From positions 25,606,001 through 25,670,000 of the forward strand of contig OZ076412.1 in the NCBI GenBank assembly GCA_964187785.1: a stretch of DNA of 64,000 nucleotides, written 5' to 3'. A program made the translations under genes and the position numbers. Within the stretch, counting starts at the first letter, position 1, and each line of letters begins with the position of its first letter. The DNA comes from Amphiscolops sp. MND2022 (taxonomy: Eukaryota). Below are positions 24,411 to 35,714 of this stretch, piece by piece. The notes beneath the pieces were generated by a model, which ran no database searches, had not been told where the DNA came from, and was given only the letters and a program-made list of their open reading frames with translations.

Positions 24411-25618
24411 TTAGTTTTTTTGTTCTCTTGAGAACGGGATTTTTGCACCACGTTGCGATTTTGGGCTTGCTGCTACACAGGCTCGGGCCATATGATCAGG
24501 ACCACCGCATCTATGACATATTATTTTAGTGTAGTGCATGTATTGTGATCCACCTGTGGCATTTAACGGTTCCGGATTTTCAATCTGGCCGTGACTCTGA
24601 TGGAAGTTTTGCGCTTGGTAATATCCTTGCGCCAAACTAGCATCATTATTTTGGGGTGCGTGAAACCGTTGTCCATACCGTGGTCGATAGGATTGGTTTT
24701 GATAGGACAAGTACGCCCGGTTTTGATAATATCTTTGCCTCGTTGGTAATTCGAGCCGAATTGATTGCCTCGATAGTGATTCTGTTGATATCTTGGCAAA
24801 TAATTTTGTGCTCGAGGATAACCGCTTGAATTAGTCTGAATGGCATTCAAAGACAGACTTTCATCCACTTTTTTAATGAAATTGTTCATTTTGTCCTCCA
24901 TTGCACTATGAGTTTCAGTAATTTTAGCCAAAACATTCAAGTAATCTTCACTTTGTACGTTACTGACTTCGCTGAATGCGTTTGCGTTCCAATCATCTAC
25001 TTCGCAAATCTGATTCAAATGAAGCGTACGACGTGCTAAGGTGCAAAGGTCGCCTACGGTTCTTTCCTCTGGTTGTTCTGGTAATTTTCGTCAAATAAAA
25101 TTTGGCATTGCTTTCAAGAATAGCCGTTTTACATGTTGCTCTCGTTGCAGTTGTGAAAAACTGAGCCTTTCAGTGTTAGCAGCAGTTTCAGCTGCAACTC
25201 TATCTCTCTCACCATCTGTTTGATCTCTAGCAGCCTCTACTGGAAGGGCTTCAGCGTCTGGATAAGCGGAGTTTGCTAAATTTTGTAATTTCACTAAGAA
25301 TGCTTCAGGATTTTCTGTTTTGTGATTGTATTTCATGTTTTCAATTTGAATAATGTACAATTCTTTATACGTTGGATTACAAAAATGCGTTTTCAAAGCG
25401 TTTAGACATCTATTTAAATTTCCGCGTGTGTCAGCGTCATGAGTATGAAAATATTGCAAAGCGTTGTCTTTTAGGTGAAGTTTTAAGTAGTCAACTTGAT
25501 TTGCAGCGTCTACATTTGCTACTTGAATGATGCTGCGGAGTTGTCATTCAAAATCGCGCCAATTTTCTGATTCACCGCCGAACTGTTTTAAACTGATTGT
25601 AGTGTTCGCTGCGGCCAT
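24411..25618 (-). pseudogene. gag: gag with terminal zinc knuckle, disrupted
   Basis: MAAANTT start; FGGESENWRDFE, LHLKDNALQYF; CHRCGGPDHMARAC knuckle. Confidence 0.9.
24414..24420 (-). promoter_or_regulatory. Candidate -1 ribosomal frameshift heptamer A_AAA_AAC
   Basis: In-phase X XXY YYZ heptamer immediately before the gag stop TAA. Confidence 0.55.
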
Positions 25619-25876
25619 TTTTTTAATTCATGCACAGTTTACTGTTCACTTGTTTTTCGCTACAATGTGGGTTCAAGTTTATCCACAGATAAATCACGGA
25701 TGATAGGTGAAAAGATGAACAATTAACATAGATGAAATCAAGTGAAGTATGACTCACCAATGATGACTCTCAATTCACCCTTCATGACCTTTCGTGAACG
25801 TGTTGTGGCGATAGTTTCAAAGTTCCCCAAAGTTCGTCACCGTATTTGGTTGATTGTAGTTATGGTGACTTCCTCG

Positions 25877-26173
25877 TCAATCCAGTGGTAAAAAATTCTC
25901 CAAGTATCCGAGCAATTCTTCAAATTCGTGGAGACTGTTGACGTCTCGATTCAGATAGGGCACGTAGTTGTACAAGATTTCCTCCAATTCCTTCCAAATT
26001 GGTGTGTGTTTGTGGACAAGCAAATGAAAGACTTCGTATGGCTGTGTTGCTGTGATGCCAAGAAGCAAAATTGGTTTTCCGCAAGACCAAAAAATTCTTC
26101 GTATCGTGAGATGATCGCCAACTGATGAGGGCCAAAAAATGTCAACGATGTGTTCTGCACACTCGTGGTCCAA
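25877..26173 (-). CDS. Hypothetical leader ORF upstream of gag (98 aa, non-ATG start in the track)
   Basis: Open frame between PBS and gag with protein-like composition (IWKELEEILYNYVPYLN). Confidence 0.35.
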   Translation of the reverse strand: MDHECAEHIVDIFWPSSVGDHLTIRRIFWSCGKPILLLGITATQPYEVFHLLVHKHTPIWKELEEILYNYVPYLNRDVNSLHEFEELLGYLENFLPLD

Positions 26174-26250
26174 GTAGTGTTGAGGAAGAGCCAGTTTTGT
26201 CGTGTTCTTCTAGCTATCGTTGATTGGCTTAGTGCTGAGTGTTTGTCTCC

Positions 26251-26266
26251 GGCACCCTTGTCACCA
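26251..26266 (-). promoter_or_regulatory. Primer binding site TGGTGAC.. (tRNA-Trp-like start)
   Basis: TGG-initiated sequence abutting the 5' LTR. Confidence 0.7.
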
Positions 26267-26630
26267 TGTACGATCTCTTGTTTTTGGCTTCTTCGGATTT
26301 TTCTATTTTTTTAAAATGTAGTTCCATTTCAATTTCTCGCAAGCAAGTCTCTCGGTTGGTGTGTCGATCTTTTTCCTTCTTGCAATCTATAATTTTGGCA
26401 CTTCCTGTTTCCCGTTTGTTTGAAGGAAGTGGTGATCAATATTTATAAAATGCCGCACCAAATATGGTAAAACATGATTATTATGAGAGTTTAAATATTT
26501 GATGATTGGTAATAAATTGCTTATTTTGCTGGTCAAGTTCGATAATCTCTTGGGTGACGAACTTTCCTTGTTGGGTAAATTCCATGAACGATGGCCTTTT
26601 TCAGGTGAATGGTAACATGGATATGTTACA
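26267..26630 (-). repeat. 5' LTR (364 bp, ~200 bp shorter than the 3' LTR)
   Basis: Same termini as 13331-13897; lacks the segment ~13390-13595. Confidence 0.95.
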
Positions 26631-27076
26631 CTACCGAAACAATTTTCTTCACGAGAGTCACAAAATTAGCGAATTCCCTTTAAGCAAATTTTGCTTTAAA
26701 CTTTGAGTTGAGCAAATATGAATTCAAAAACGAACTAAAGAAAGTTTTTTGGAGCAATCTTTAATTTTGTTGATAGAAATACTTGTGCTCGTTTCCTGAA
26801 ATGCTATTGTTAAATGTGATATTTGGTGCATCTATTTTTTTCTCTACCAGATATCATGGATCTTCGTCATCAATTAAGTGCCATGTGTATCGTCATAACG
26901 GGGGAGAAGACACACACCCGTGGTCTGCAACGAAAGTAGGGAACCCCATACCAGCCACTATACCAGTAGCCCAGTAACAAAAAAAACAACCAACAAACTA
27001 CTCAAACGAGCCACTATGCAGTCGACCGGTGGAGTTTTTTTAAAGATGCTATGAGATAAAGGTCAAAAAAATTAGG

Positions 27077-27240
27077 CTATATGTAATAAATTTCTTCAAA
27101 CGCATCTCTGTCGCTCACAGTTCCTAGAACACAAGCCGCATTGCCAATCTGAAGAGCCATTGAAATCCGTTGCTTCAAAAAGTTTCCAGCTCGTTGATCG
27201 TCGTGCGAACGACAGAGCATTTTACAGAGACGCGTGATGA
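27077..27240 (-). mobile_element. C-terminal fragment of a restriction-like-endonuclease non-LTR retrotransposon (CRE-like)
   Basis: Translates as QRAGNFLKQRISMALQIGNAACVLGT..IYYI*, resembling the typical QRISxAxQxGNA ending. Confidence 0.7.
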
Positions 27241-27513
27241 AAATTTCACTGCTCTTATTCTAGTGGTGCATCTTATTTTTTTGGGGTGTGATAAGCCTAA
27301 TTGTTGTGATGAACTTGTTAAATAGTTTCAGAGAGTTTTGATTGAATTGATTGATCTTCATCACATCACTGGACGGGTTGTGCAGGACCGATCAAGGCTT
27401 TCGGGGGATCTGTGGCTCTTCTGTTGGCTTTTCGCACCAATTGGGTGGACCTATTTAGACAATTCTGTTAGTTTGTTCCAATTCATATTTCTCGAGGTCC
27501 TTATGTGATTCCT

Positions 27514-28137
27514 ATGGTTTATATAGTTGGAGCTAGCTCATTACACGCAACAGTAGAATCAACTACTTACAAATTCAGAAAAACTATTCGAACTTCATTA
27601 CCGCAATACCAGGTCTCAGTTTCTGTCACAACTCGAGACTGAAAAAGTTGCAGCATCTTCTATCTCAAGGAAAACTGAAATATCAACATAACCTGCTCCT
27701 CTGGCACGACCTGATAAATAATACTTTATCCCCACATTCAAGCAACAATCATAAACCCTGGACCCCTCAGCAACTAGTTACGGCATTAAAACAGCAAAGT
27801 CATCGAATAACTGCAGTCATTTACTGCAGAAGGTTTGGGACTGCAGATATCTTTAACCCATTACTGGCTACCAATATCCTTATAATCCGGGCTGATAAAC
27901 ACCTTCTATCCCACAGAAAGGGGAACAATCATTGTATTAAAACGCAACTTGCGGAAGTGCATCCCTGAAGCGCATTGAACTGAACTTGCTACACACGGTT
28001 TTACAGCGGAGCAAAAAGCTGCAGTCAATAGTTATTCAAAACCGCTCCAGAACCAGAAAACGTAAATCCAAGAAAAGATCCACTTCCGCGAGAAAGAGGA
28101 GCAAAAAAGCGAAACAGGAATCTCTAACTTGGTAGCT
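27514..28137 (+). pseudogene. Frameshifted SGNH/GDSL-like ORF with basic tail, probably TE-borne
   Basis: MVYIVGASSL (block I-like), IPGLSF, LLWHDLINN, VIYCRRFGT; tail RKRKSKKRSTSARKRSKK. Confidence 0.4.
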
Positions 28138-28199
28138 ATTTGAGCCTTTGTCGGTTTGAAGCGGCCCGGGGCGAATAACCTGCTTGCTTTGAATCAAAA

Positions 28200-29383
28200 A
28201 TGACTGGCACACGCAGTAGAAATCAATCCACCTCGGACGAAAAATGTCCGCAGTGCAAAAGTAAGGTAGCTGAAAAAGAAAAGAACTCAATTCTTTGCAA
28301 CGGTTGTTTTGAATGGTGGCACGGGACATGTGGAGGAATAGAAGTGAAAGATTTGTCAATATTGGCGAAGTACTCGGCTGTGCACTGGTACTGTCCCAAA
28401 TGTGAAAACGACACTTTGCAAAAACAAGGTATGACCATCATGAAGTCCGTAAAAACGTTAAATCAATGGTATAATTATGAAAGTGAAATTCGCAAACAGG
28501 AAACTGATCTATTGATGTCAATTAAAACTGATATCGAAATCATCAAGCAAAAAAACCCCTCAGGAATAACCTATGCAGAGAAAGCTAAAATCGCCCGAAA
28601 ACCTTCGCCCTCTACGAGACAAATTCCTCGAAACAAAGAGAAAGACTTGAGTACCATATTGATTGTCAGTGGCAATCAAAAGTATCGAGATAGCATTGAA
28701 ATTAAAAGGGCATTTTCAAAAATTTTTTCTATGAAAAAATTGATTGTAGCATTCAATACTGCTCGGGGAAACATTCACTTAGAATTCTTGAACTCTCAAG
28801 AGTCTGACGAGGTGTTCTCCAACTGGAAAGCTGATTATCTTGGAAAACCGGTATACGAAAAGCTACCGCTAGAGGTGAGCAGAGAAACGCTGTCATAAAA
28901 GGTGTTCCGAAAGACATAGACGAGGTTCATATTACTGAAATTCTAAAGAAGAAGTATCCTGGGATCTATGTGAAAAGATTCGTAAAAGCGGATGGAACAA
29001 TTCTGCAGATAGTGAAACTGACCTTCCAGTCAGAGCTTCAATACAAGAATGCACTATCTGAGGGACTCTTTTTGGCTTCCATTTACTACCAGCCATATGC
29101 GTTTGTTCAGAGAGGCATAAGAATCATTCGATGTTACAACTGCCAAAAATTCGGTCACCTTAGCGGAAACTGCCAATCCAAAACAGCCTGTAAACTTTGC
29201 AGTGAACATCACAAAATTGAAGACTGTCCGAATAAAGAATTAGAAAGCAAATGTATGAATTGCAAAGGGACTCACGATGCGGATTCACTTGTGTGCCCAA
29301 CTTACATTAAACAAAAACAAGTGGTTTATGACGCTCGGGGGCTAACTGATGAAAATCATGATGGATGGCATGATGGCTGCTGA
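28200..29383 (+). pseudogene. LINE ORF1: PHD finger plus three CCHC-type knuckles (one frameshift)
   Basis: CPQC..CNGC..WWHGTC..WYCPKC; CYNCQKFGHLSGNC, CKLCSEHHKIEDC, CMNCKGTHDADSLVC. Confidence 0.85.
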
Positions 29384-31790
29384 AAGGAGAATATCATTTT
29401 TACAGATCAACATTTGCGGCTTGAGTAATCACAGTAAAATTGCAATTGATGCATATCTTGAAAAACATAAACCAGATGTGGTTTTTTTGAATGAAACCAA
29501 ACAATAATTTCCTGATAATGCCTTCACCAATTATACAACTCTCGGTAGTACTCCAAAGAAATTGACAAGCGGGGTTGCGTTGTTGTTTCGTAACGATGTG
29601 GCGTATGCTCAAATAGAGATATTAGAGACCAAAAACAGTGACAATATTGTGACTGCAGCGGCAGCTAATGTCCGCGGCCTAAAATTACTAACTACGACTG
29701 CTTATGTAAAACTTGATGACAAAGGTGAACAAATAGAACTCATAAAAAGACTTGAAGCCTGTAAAGTCTACGCAGATACAAATCACATGGAAGGTGTTCT
29801 TTACTTTGGCGACTGCAACGCCAAACACTTATACTGGGGTGATCAGACGTGCAATGCACTTGGAAATGAGTTTATCAGCCTCGTACCAACTTATACTATT
29901 TTGAACGATGGCCAACCTACTTTCCTCTCAATCAACGGCCAAAGTGTAATAGATCTTTGCATTTGCTATGGAAACTTCATTAACCAATACAAATGCTCGC
30001 TTACAACCGATGAAGATACGGAACTGTTCACTGGAGCACCCTCCAGGGGCCACCTGCCTGTGCTAGTTTCTCTTGTCGAGTCAAAAAGTGGTTATTTCAA
30101 AGAGAAGCCGTGGATTGAGAAAGCAAGGTGGGATGACTGGCGCGCACATCTAGAAACTGAAATGCTCGACTGGACAACTTCAGATAATGCTCTGGAATTG
30201 TGGGAATTTTTCAAGAACTCTTTAAAAGAGGCCACACTACTTTTCATTCCTTTCAAAAACGTTACGCAACATAGTAAACCATTTTGGTGCACCGAGTTAA
30301 CTATAGCCAGTAAAGAGCTCAGGCAGCTGCGTCGGAACTTCCGATACAAGTCCAACCATGCAAATTTAGAAAAACTAGCAGAAGCGAAAGAATTATTCAA
30401 ACAACTACTCAGTGAAAAGGCGTCTGCCTGGATGAAAGACTACTTGAAGGCACTGGGACACAAGCGAGGCAATGAAGTTTGGGTATCGTACAAGAAACTG
30501 TTCGCTGGAAGCAGTTCCCAAGTGGATCTCATCAAGAATAAACACGGGAAACTGCTGCTCTCAAAAAAAGATATTGCTCAAGAATTCCAAGAGACGTTCT
30601 CCAAAGGAAAACATCTGGAAACTCTCAACTTCGACGAGTCAATGTCAAGGACAGTCTCAGGTTATCTGGACTCGTTTGATGATGCTTCCGAGCAGGCTTC
30701 GGAAAATTTTTAATGAACCTTTCACAATTGAAGAACTAAACGAAGCAATGAAACAATCTTCTGATACAAACTCCTTCGACCCTGACGGGTTCCACGTCAA
30801 AATGATCAAAAACTTGGGAGTCAATGCGAAAACTCTTCTCTTGGAGATTTTTATTACATGTTGGGAACATGCTGTATGGCCCTGGTCTTTATCACGAATT
30901 GTGTTTATCAGGAAGCCTAACAAAGACAGGTATGACGACTGTTCCAGCTATCGACCGCTATCTATTTCTAGTCATTTTAGAAAACTTTTTGAGCGTATGC
31001 TGTGCAACAGATTAAACTATTTCACGGGAACCGAGAAGATTCTGGCGGACGAACAAGAAGGTTTCAGAAGTAAAAGAAACACAGTCAGATCTCTGTACAG
31101 GCTACATCTTAATCTAGAATGTTCTAAATTAATGAAAACACCGACCGCTCTACTCAACATTGACCTCGAAAAGGCCTTTGACATCGTGTGGATAGATGGC
31201 CTACTTCACAAACTCAGACATTACAAAATAAACGGTAAAATGTTCTGCATTTTACGAATTTTTTTGAAGAACCGAGAAGCATTCATTGAGTGATCTGACT
31301 TCCGTTCATCTGTGTTCAAAATAGACAATGGTGTCCCTCAGGGAAGTGTCTTGTCACCACTTTTGTTTGTAATATTTTTGAACGATTTTCTGAGTGAGGA
31401 ACCGTGTCACTACAAGTTCGCTGACGACAGTGCTATTTTAATTCTAGGCTGCAATGAAAATGATATCTCCCAAAAACTCGAACAGTCTTGCAGGGGGATA
31501 GAACAGTGGTGCCGCAAATGGAGAATGGGAGTGAATGGCTCCAAGACAGAATTGATAGTTTTCAATGTGGAAAGAAACAACATAACTGCGCCGAGCCTGA
31601 ACAATGAAGCGTGCGCTATCACAAAAGCTACAAAATCTCTCGGTCTCCTGGTTGATGATAACCTGTGTTACAAAGACCACGCCGAAAAAACCTGTAACAA
31701 AGCTAAACGCAGCTGGGATAATGCTTCTAGAATTTTGAGATGCAAACGGAGCTTGTCAATTCCAACGTTAATTTTCCTCTATTTATATCC
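29370..31790 (+). pseudogene. LINE ORF2 (APE endonuclease and RT), frameshifted
   Basis: INICGL, LNETK, GDCNAKH, SVIDL, QEGFR, DLEKAFD, GVPQGSVLSP, FADD. C-terminal CICGK..YHYFFCCP at ~40430-40480. Confidence 0.9.
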
Positions 31791-32011
31791 TAGAATTATG
31801 AGAATCCTATAAATATTATTTAGGTAGTTTTCCCCACCTAAGATGGGATCATATACGGTGTATGCACGCTCGCCCTCACCGTCGCAAAGACCAGCTCCCA
31901 CTACGATCGCCTCGCGATCTCCGTTCCCGCTAGGTCTTTGCTCCTGTTCGACCTCGCTTAGCAAGATGGGAACATAAGCGGCCCCAATGGGCCGCGGGGC
32001 ATTAGAGGAAA

Positions 32012-32358
32012 GGGTCAGGGACATTTCGTCACCAGCCATTTGGGCGACAATATGGCGTCGGTCACATGGGCGACAAAAGTGTCGACCAAATGGGTTGATC
32101 AAATATGTGATATATTTGAAGAGGTTAGCATATTTGTTTTATGGCTCGGTCGCTTCGCTCCCTTCGCCAAGTAGCAACATTGAGGTATGGCCATATGGCA
32201 CGTCGCTCCGCTTCGCTTCGCTCCTGCATTTAGGGCACTAGGGGTATGTGAACATATTTGGCCATTTAGTCTACGGGACATTTGGGCGACATTATTGTCG
32301 CCGAAATGGGCTGAAATTTTTGTCGCCCAAATGGCTGGTGACGAAACGTCCCTGCCCC
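32012..32358. mobile_element. Foldback MITE M6 inserted into core A, carrying core B; 8-bp TSD
   Basis: TIR GGGTCAGGGACATTTCGTCACCAGCCATTTGGGCGACA and its inverse; perfect AGAGGAAA flanks (32004-32011, 32359-32366). Confidence 0.85.
32129..32257 (-). repeat. Core module B, copy 2
   Basis: Near-identical to 11743-11877. Confidence 0.9.
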
Positions 32359-33047
32359 AGAGGAAATGGGGGGCATATCCGACGGCCAAAAAACATTGTT
32401 ATTTGAAAACGCTAGGTATTTGAAAACATGGATTCGATCTCATTTTCTTTGACCATTTTACTCCGATCTCAGTGACAGATTGCATATTCGCGCAAATTCA
32501 TTCGATCCAAACTCCCACCGCCGTTTGAAAGAAATAGAAGCTCAGTCATGAGAGTCCAGAATCATATCATCAAATCAATCTTTCGACATAGTTTTACTCG
32601 TACCATTAGCATCTGCGAAACGCTGCTAGGACTACCTCTGGACATTTACAATGATGCCATAAAAATCAAATTTGTCATCAAAGTCAAAAGAGCCAATGAC
32701 TTGGTGAGTAATACCCACTCTCTTTTCATCTCCAACCGAAGTAAAGCTGCAGCATTAGAAAGTGGGGAAACGGAAATCGGACTAAAGAAATAGAACTAAT
32801 GGAATTAGGACTAACATGCTCAAAATTTCTTAAACGTTCATGTGAAATAGAACTAATTTCGTATAATCTCAAACAGGAATTACAACTAATTTGTTACGGG
32901 AAATGGAACTAAAAACAGGAATTAGAACTAATTTGTCACGGGAATTGGAACTAAAAAAGTGAGAATAGGACCTGACATGCGGAATGAGACCCAAGGGGAG
33001 AACGGAATAGTATCTAAAGGAATAATATCTAAAATTTTTCAAAGTAT

Positions 33048-33244
33048 AAAACGTGCCTCTGATATTTCCTCATTTCCTCTAGTGACCCGCGGCCCCTTGG
33101 GGCCGCTTATGTTACCATCTTGCTAAGCGAGGTCGAAGAGGAGCAAAGACCTAGCGGGAACGGAGATCGCGAAGCGATCGTAGTGGGAGCTGGTCTTTGC
33201 GACGGTGAGGGCGAGCGTGGATACACCGAATATGCCCCCACATT
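33048..33244 (+). repeat. Core module A, copy 6
   Basis: Full-length match to the other copies. Confidence 0.9.
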
Positions 33245-33575
33245 AGAAGGGGAAAGTACTGAAAATTTTGTGAGTCATTTACGAAACGTAAAGTTTTATT
33301 CTTGAATAAAATGATTTGAGATCTGACTTTTTTAGAAAATCAATGGAAGGAGAAAAATAATGAATGTATCAATTTTTTATTGATCAATTGTATTACGTTA
33401 CTTTTGTACTACTTTCATTGTACTACCACAAAATTTGAATTTTGTACCATGTTTTTATCCGCTTCTGCGTTTTTTTGTTGTAACTTTTTTTATGTTGGAT
33501 GTTTACAGTGGTAGTAGTAGTAGTAAAAGACTCAATTCCTTTTTAAAGGGTGATACGACATCAAAATGTAATGAG

Positions 33576-35714
33576 TTATGATCTACAAAAAGTACTTAGG
33601 CGTTTCAGGTAGAAACTGCATGAGTGATCAATGTTGAAACAATTTGCAGTTTTATCAGCAAGGAACCGATTTATACAAGACTTGAAAATATCAAGAGGCA
33701 TATCAAAAGACACAATTTTCAAATTTATCAGTTCATTTGCTGAACGCGCCGCTCTAATATAGAAATTGTCATTTGTGGAAAATTTGTTGCATTTTGGAAT
33801 GTAGAACAGGCCATTCGATGACGAGCGTGTGCATAGGTTGGATCTCATGATATTGTTGTCTAGGTCCACAGAATTGTTACACAACTTCCATAACAGAATA
33901 ACGTCGTTTTTCACAATTTGGTAGCATATTGGAAGGATGTCAAGATGTATCAGTGCTGAAACAAGAGAAGAAGTTTTATTGATCCAACGTATTACTTTGT
34001 ATTGAAAATTTTCAAGTTGACGAAGCTGGGTTCTAGTTGGACACCATACAGGTGAGCCATACAGTGAAATAGAAAGAATAAGGGATGAATACAAAAACTT
34101 TTTCCTTTTAGAAGATGTAGAAAATGGAATGTTTCTCTTTAGAAAAAAGAATACTCTTTTTGATATTAGGAGCTTAGAATCAACATGTCGTTTCCATGAT
34201 AAGTGGTTAGAGATAATGAAACCAAGGTCATCCATTTCTTCGACAAAGGGAAGAGGATTGCAACCAAACATCAATTGGTCGGATTTGTTTTTGCGACTAA
34301 AATCGATAACTTTACACTTTTTAGGGTGAAAGTCAAGATTGTTCAATTCGCTCCATTCAGAAAGACTATTAATGTCGGCTTGAACTGATTGTGCATTGAA
34401 GTTATTGAAGACCTTAAGATCATCGGCAAAGAGTCGGAATTGGCTGTCTTGTATGCCATCACCAATATCATTTATTAAACATAAAAATAGTAACGGACCC
34501 AACACACTGCCCTGGGGCACACCTGATGTAACAGGTAGGGCCGACGAAATAGATTGATTTATGCGCACACTCTGGAAGCGCCCAAATAGATAAGAGTTGA
34601 ATAATTCTAGAAAATTGCGGTCGAAATAAAATTTTTCAAGTTTTGACAACAACAAATGGTGAGAAACAGAATCAAAGGCCTTTGTGACATGAAAATAAAC
34701 AGCAACGGCATAAGAATCACAATCACAAGAAGCATAAACACTGTCCAGGTAGCTGATTATTTGAGAAACAGTGCTTCTAGATTTCATGAAACCATGTTGT
34801 TCACGTTTAATCATTCGACTAATTCTAGGGTAAATAAAATTAAACAATAATCTCTCAAGGACAAGCGACAGCTTAGGCAGAATACTAATTGGTCTGTAGT
34901 TGGTAATGTCCGAATGATTTCCAAGCTTATGTAGAGGAGTGACAAGTGAAGTTTTCCATTGAGATAGCCAGGTACGGTTCCGTATAATCCAATTAAATAA
35001 ATCAAAAGCAAGAGGGGCGAGGATATCAGAACAGCTACTTAGAACAAATGATGGAATATTGTCAGCACCACATGCACTGGAATCAGGGCATTTTCTCAAC
35101 AGATCTTCAACATCGGAAACAGACAGTTGGAAGTCATCTAGTTTAATCGAGGGGTTATCAAAGGTCTCATGAAACTGATGATCTTCTTTCTCAATGAATA
35201 CAGACGCAAAATAAGAATTGAACTCTGAAGATTTTTCATGATCGCTATTCAGAGCTTTGGTTTTGTGAAACATTACTGAGGGAAGTGTCTTGCCAAATCC
35301 AAGGTTGCGTAACAACTTGAAACACAGCCTAGAAGATGAAAGATCAAACTGATTTACGAACAATTGTTTGTCTAGTTCGATAGAATCAGAAATAGCTGTT
35401 GTAATTTCTTTGAGTTTGGTAGCTTGCAGGAAAGAACTGCACTTTGACAATTTGCGAAGAGTTGTGTCTCTGGTATTTAGAAGATGAATAGTGTGAGAAG
35501 AATAGTATAACGGCAGTGATAGTCGTTTAGCACGTTTAGTTGCAATGGAGCTGTTTAGCGATGAAGATAGAATCAAATACCACTCTTCGGGATATTGACT
35601 GTTTGGGAAATTGTCGAAACTGATCAGATTGAATAAAGGTTGTAAACAACCATTGAATGAAATCACATTGAAGGATGATCTGGAAAAAACATTCTTGTAG
35701 GAGTTTGAAGACAC
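33576..35714 (-). CDS. LINE ORF2 RT and C-terminus (712-aa open portion)
   Basis: NYRPISIL, EQHGF, AFDSVSH, GVPQGSVLGP, FADD. Confidence 0.9.
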   Translation of the reverse strand: MSSNSYKNVFSRSSFNVISFNGCLQPLFNLISFDNFPNSQYPEEWYLILSSSLNSSIATKRAKRLSLPLYYSSHTIHLLNTRDTTLRKLSKCSSFLQATKLKEITTAISDSIELDKQLFVNQFDLSSSRLCFKLLRNLGFGKTLPSVMFHKTKALNSDHEKSSEFNSYFASVFIEKEDHQFHETFDNPSIKLDDFQLSVSDVEDLLRKCPDSSACGADNIPSFVLSSCSDILAPLAFDLFNWIIRNRTWLSQWKTSLVTPLHKLGNHSDITNYRPISILPKLSLVLERLLFNFIYPRISRMIKREQHGFMKSRSTVSQIISYLDSVYASCDCDSYAVAVYFHVTKAFDSVSHHLLLSKLEKFYFDRNFLELFNSYLFGRFQSVRINQSISSALPVTSGVPQGSVLGPLLFLCLINDIGDGIQDSQFRLFADDLKVFNNFNAQSVQADINSLSEWSELNNLDFHPKKCKVIDFSRKNKSDQLMFGCNPLPFVEEMDDLGFIISNHLSWKRHVDSKLLISKRVFFFLKRNIPFSTSSKRKKFLYSSLILSISLYGSPVWCPTRTQLRQLENFQYKVIRWINKTSSLVSALIHLDILPICYQIVKNDVILLWKLCNNSVDLDNNIMRSNLCTRSSSNGLFYIPKCNKFSTNDNFYIRAARSANELINLKIVSFDMPLDIFKSCINRFLADKTANCFNIDHSCSFYLKRLSTFCRS

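Larger units (their letters stand above)
13331..26630 (-). mobile_element. Full-length env-bearing Ty3/Gypsy (errantivirus-like) LTR retrotransposon, disrupted
   Basis: Paired TG..CA LTRs, 5-bp TSD CTACC (13326-13330, 26631-26635), PBS, gag-pol-env order on the minus strand. Confidence 0.95.
9600..26990 (+). mobile_element. LINE (CR1/L2-like RT and C-terminus) split by five MITEs and the 13.3-kb LTR element
   Basis: QHGF..YLDFSKAFDRVCH..GVPQDSILGP..AYDTK. The protein reading resumes across each insertion (DTK|L, RWMSR|, ANY|RNNF). A/CAA-rich tail at ~26975-27000. Confidence 0.8.
31841..32516. mobile_element. MITE M8 remnant (right arm TTCGATC only) with core A copy 5
   Basis: Core A on the minus strand at 31841-32011 and 32359-32385. 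Left arm not found. Confidence 0.55.
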
